A stretch of 64,000 bases of DNA, taken from contig OX597820.1 of assembly GCA_951406725.2 (NCBI GenBank), forward strand, positions 102,982,001 to 103,046,000, written 5' to 3'. The translations under genes were made by a program, and so were the position numbers. The notes under the pieces were generated by a model. It saw nothing but the letters and a program-made list of their open reading frames with translations. It had not been told where the DNA came from and did not search any database. Source of the stretch: Octopus vulgaris. Its lineage: Eukaryota. How positions within the stretch are numbered: the first letter of the stretch is position 1; every line of letters starts with the position of its first letter. Positions 58,538-64,000 of the stretch are shown piece after piece.

Positions 58538-59039
58538 GTTATTATTAAGCAGTATTAAGTGAAATAAACATAAGTTGAATACTTTAAATTTTGAATAAAT
58601 TACTCTAGAAATGGCGGTGATCTTCAGTATCTCTTAGAATAAATACTATTTCATATACATACAACTAAGGAATTCAAAACTTTATTCAGGTTGTGCTTTA
58701 TACGATTTTAACTTAATACTCACGAGTTATACATTTCAGCCACGACTCCCAGCAGTGTACTAAACATTTTACAATAAATTATTTAAAACTGAGAACAATA
58801 TGCAAATTAACTGGCTATAAGATAGAAAATTTTGTCTTTTGCCAAGAACTTTGTCATCTCATTGACTCAAGCAGCTAAAACTTTCATTTTCAATATCAAA
58901 TTCATTAAAAATACATGGGTCTAGCATCTCTTGCCTTCTACATTTTAACCCATACTTCTCTATTTCTCCATATACTCAAGAATGGTGAGCTGAAGCGGTG
59001 AATTATTTTACCACAATCAGTTAATCAATATGACATACA

Positions 59040-59230
59040 CCGTATTTTCCGGCATACAACTTGATGCGGCATATTGTGTAAACATGTAGTGCAAACATTC
59101 AAACATTCAATCACTATCTTTCCAAATCCGGCTGCATTTCGTATGGTAATTTTGGTCCCCTACAATCCTTACTTTTGTGTGGTATATATTTTGGTTTGAA
59201 AAGTTCGACTTGTATGCTGGAAAATAAAGG
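59040..59230. mobile_element. pogo/Tc2-type MITE
   Basis: TIRs ccgtattttccggcatacaa / ttgtatgctggaaaataaagg|TA. Confidence 0.7.
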
Positions 59231-59734
59231 TATGTACTGTAAAATTGAAATGACACAATAAATAAAAATAAGCTGTCAGTATTACTCTGAACCTGGTTTC
59301 TTTTCACTTTTACTAGATTCTCTGCCATTCACTTTGGACAAAATAAATAGTTTCATAACAATTGCAAGTATTTGTTCCTATAATTACTTAAGTGGTAAAT
59401 TTATAAATTTCATATTTAATATCTATTTCGATGGTTCGAGTACTCTTCTCGAGTTCTTAGTTTTCCAACTGATCTTGTATATCGCTAGCTTCCGCACCAC
59501 GGTGCATAGATTCAATAAACTTCACATGCGACTTTCTTTGCAGTTCTGCTGCCTAAGACATCACGTGTCCATACATTTCTATTGACGCTTGACTTAGGAC
59601 AATATTATCGTGTTCGGTGAAAATATTAAATGTTATGTATTTCTTGCAATAGGTATATTGATTTTATTTTTAAGTATCACTTTTAACATGAACTTTTATG
59701 TCATTAAATGTACGTATACTTGTATGCATGTATG

Positions 59735-60086
<352 letters not shown>

Positions 60087-60261
60087 GTTTATATTCAGCT
60101 TATGGCATGTAACCTGAATCCAATTTTCTAAATCGCCTGAAGAGATACTGTAAAGGACGTAAATATTTAAAGGAATACAATGGTATTCCAAATTGCAATC
60201 ATTCATTCGTGTCTAAAATGGTTGGGGTTTATTATTTAATATTAACAAACCTTTGTTGACA

Positions 60262-60304
<43 letters not shown>

Positions 60305-60851
60305 AGAATACATATATTCACATGAACGAACGCTCACGTCAACTTGCACAACTTACACATATGCACGTATGTATGTATGTATGTATTATATATTTATGTG
60401 TATATGTGTATCTATGTATGTATGTGTATGTGTGTGTGTATGTGTGTGTGCATGCATGTATTATGTATGTCTATACGTGAGCTTAATCAACAAAGAAAAG
60501 AGTAGTACTTGATATCGAAGATAGAGTTTTATATTTACTAAAACCAACTTTTCTCAATTTGTTACTTAAAGTTTCACATCTATTTTCAGAAAAGAAAATG
60601 AAAAGTACCTAAAGAAAACTGCTATTTTGAATATATAAGAAAACAAGAATAATAAGACAGCTTTTGTAAGAACGCAGAAGAATAATTAAAATCATACAGA
60701 AATTATGGAAGGAATAGTAGTAGAAAATTAGTTATAAACAGAAAAAGAGAAATAAATCAGAAGTAGTTATTACGAAGTGAAGAAATATAAATATCAAAGG
60801 TAAAATATAAAAGAATAAAAGGTTATGGTGTGAGGAGTGTTTGGGAAGGAG

Positions 60852-60885
<34 letters not shown>

Positions 60886-61360
60886 TTAGATAGAGGGAAG
60901 AGAGGAGGAGAGAGGGGGAGAGATAGTGAGAAAAAGAGTGAGAGCAGAGGCTTGCAAATGCACATTTACTGTTTAGAATTGTAAGCTAAGGGCTAGAATA
61001 TGAAAATGTATAGAAATGCAGTGGGTGGAATGGTATTACTGAAGATATATGCACACAAATGCATACGCTCATGCGCACATTTACACACGCGCGCACACAC
61101 ACTCACACACACACAAACACACACATACACACACAACACTAACACGTACGGATATACGCCCACATACACACACCGACATATGTACATATGAATAAAGGGG
61201 CGTATACGTCTACAAAAATGAATGACAGAAACGGAGGTAAAGGGAAAATTGCCAAGACTGCGATGTTAAAAAAGGATAGTCTAAGTTGCAGGATTCGTCA
61301 TGTAAGAATTGACGATGGGAAAATTATATCAATCTGAGAGTATAATAAGAATATGTATGC

Positions 61361-61364
<4 letters not shown>

Positions 61365-61401
<37 letters not shown>

Positions 61402-61431
61402 TGTGTGTTTGTGTGTGTGTGTGTGTGTATG

Positions 61432-61481
<50 letters not shown>

Positions 61482-61586
61482 TTTGTGTGTGTGTGTGTGT
61501 ATGTGTGTGTGTGTGTTTGTTTGTGTGTGTGTGTGTGTTTGTTTGTGTGTGTGTGTGTATGTGTGTGTGTGTTTGTTTGTGTGTGT

Positions 61587-61618
<32 letters not shown>

Positions 61619-61663
61619 TTGTGTGCGTGCGCGTGTGTGTGTGTGTGTGTTTGTGTGTGTGTT

Positions 61664-61711
<48 letters not shown>

Positions 61712-61723
61712 TGTGTGTGTGTT

Positions 61724-61762
<39 letters not shown>

Positions 61763-61835
61763 TTGTTTGTGTGTGTGTGTGCGAGTGCATGCGTGCTTCT
61801 GTTTACGTGTGTGTGAATGTATGTGAGTGTGTGTG
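61365..61835. repeat. long interrupted (GT)n tract
   Basis: directly visible. Confidence 0.95.
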
Positions 61836-64000
61836 CGCTTGAAAAGTTCGTTTTCAAAATGCACGCCCACATCCTGATCCGCGCGCACATACTCACGTAT
61901 GCACGTGCACACATATAATATATGCATGAGGAGGCGTAGAGCTTTGAGAAATGGATAATGCAAGAAGGTAACGGAGAAAGCGAAGGTGATAGAAAAATTC
62001 CGAAATAGTGACGTTACAATAGATAAAAAGATAATTTCGTTTTCGGGTTTTCGGTCTTACGAGGTCTCCTAATGATCGTATGAAAATATAATGATTATAA
62101 AAACATAAAAATACTAACATTCGTGTATGTGTGAAAATTCTATATTTTTTTTTTTTTTCTTTTTAAATAAACTTGATTTTCTGAAAAATATAAATGTGGA
62201 AAGTAAAGTCAGTCGACATCTGGAAAAAAAACAAAACGAATTTGAAGACAGGTAGAAATTATGCATCAGTATAGATGAATCGACAATTGATGACGAGGGA
62301 GAGAGTGAAGGTTAAGGCATTATAGCGGTAACGAGAAGGAGTGAAGAGGAAAGAGAAGAAAAGGAAAGTACTTAAATGATGGAAGAATGGCAATGTAAGC
62401 TTTATCATAATTCCAAGTTCTCTAATTAACTTGGTTCTGGTGGTTTATAACGCATGAGTTAACACTTTTATGTAAGCAAATGCCTGGTAGTTCGTTATAA
62501 TCGTTCAGTTTATAGTCAACTTGATATTGCGACTTTCTTTGATAAATCAAGCTGACATTAAACGCCGGTTTTAGCATTACCATGTATATAAGTAGTCACG
62601 GAATCGAGAATAGACTATATTACTTTAAAGGTCTTGTTTTCCTGTACCCTCCAAATAGAGAAACTCAGGGAGTTCTTCCTGACCTGATTAATAAATGAAC
62701 GTCTGTGCGAAAAGAAGTGTCTGTTGAAGCTACTTTCTGCCGATCAATTGTAAGGTTTTGGAATAACGATAATAAAGATTTAAACAGATCTGCTTTTTAA
62801 AAAATTAACTTTTGAAAGTAACAACCATGTTTCCGTTTCATTAGATCTCTCCATAAAATAATATTCCACTCAGTTAACAAGAATTAGAGCATCAGTACAC
62901 AGAATTTTGAAGCTTAGTGGCCCATTTTTTGCCGAATAGCGTTTTCCAAACGCCTCCTCATATTTTGCGAAAAAAATTCAGAGAAGATTCCGAGTTCCAT
63001 TCCAAAGAAAAGCCTATTTTCAATGATCTAAAATAATTTTCCGCGCTAATTTTGATATTTAATACATATTTTAGCATGCAAAGGTTGCCGAAAACACTAT
63101 ATTGACCAAACTGACCTAGCACATCTTAGACGAGTGATTCAGCACAGTCAGCTGATTGGGCAGCCGTACAGAGGAAAAATTCCTGAGTCAATAGTTATGA
63201 GAACACATCTTACGAATCTTCTTACTATATTTCTTTGTCAGTGTGGCGATTCAACAACGAATAACAACGAATAAAACAATGTACATAATTTATTAACAAA
63301 TATTGGCCAAAATTAAAGGCATATGTTTAATTGGCATGTATATCAATTTCAATATATCTTTTAATATATACCTCTTAATTTGTTTAAATTATCATACTTT
63401 TAGTATGTCCCTTGAAATAAAATTTATTACAACTCTTTTATTATATACACCGGCAAAATTATGATGTATATCAACATTATGATCATGAAAAAATTTGTAA
63501 GTATTCTTTCGTTTATTTTTGTAATGTTTTTTTATGCTTTTGATATGCATATCAACGTGTTTACCTTTAGTGGTCTGGATATCTCACGCGAAAACATGAC
63601 GTAAATAATAACTATAGAATAAATAGATAGGAATATGTATTTTAGCTGTAAAAATAAGAAATAAACTAGATGAAATATACCATTTACTGGAAAAATTCTA
63701 AATTCTCAATAATTTAAAACTAAAATATGTAAAGTACATAAAATAAACTAAATTTCAATAACTTAATCTATATTCATCAATTTATTTATTTTATAAATAC
63801 ATTGGTTTAATCTTATTCTAATTATTTAATATACACTATATAATCAACTGCTACATTATACTCATTATACTACTACAAATTATAACTAGAAAAATTAGTA
63901 ACTTAAATCAGAATTTAAATATATGCAGAAATTAGCTAAACATATTATATAAGTAATTTAACTTATGTCTACATTGAATTTTTCGCTCATCTTAGTGTTA

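Overview
AT-rich eukaryotic DNA with abundant microsatellites, almost certainly non-genic (intergenic or deep intronic). The tRNA-derived SINE families, (AAT)n-associated RLE-type LINEs and microsatellite spectrum suggest a cephalopod, probably Octopus; this is inferred, not searched. No host protein-coding gene could be recognised, and most ORF-track entries are microsatellite translations. Recognisable coding content is all transposon-derived: Dong/R4-like LINE RT and RLE fragments, Tc1/mariner transposase relics, and an old CR1/L2-like relic. There are also hAT, piggyBac and pogo/Tc2-type MITEs, a Helitron 3' end, and four SINE families (working labels A-D). The most notable structures are: a ~700 bp inverted duplication at 1.55-3.83 kb with a small hairpin near its apex; a 5 kb pile of co-oriented LINE copies plus an ORF-less 556 bp element, most bracketed by (AAT)n, at 52.9-57.8 kb; a scrambled, partly inverted young LINE; an inverted SINE pair; and interleaved inverted repeats around a mariner. 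Coordinates of degraded elements are approximate.
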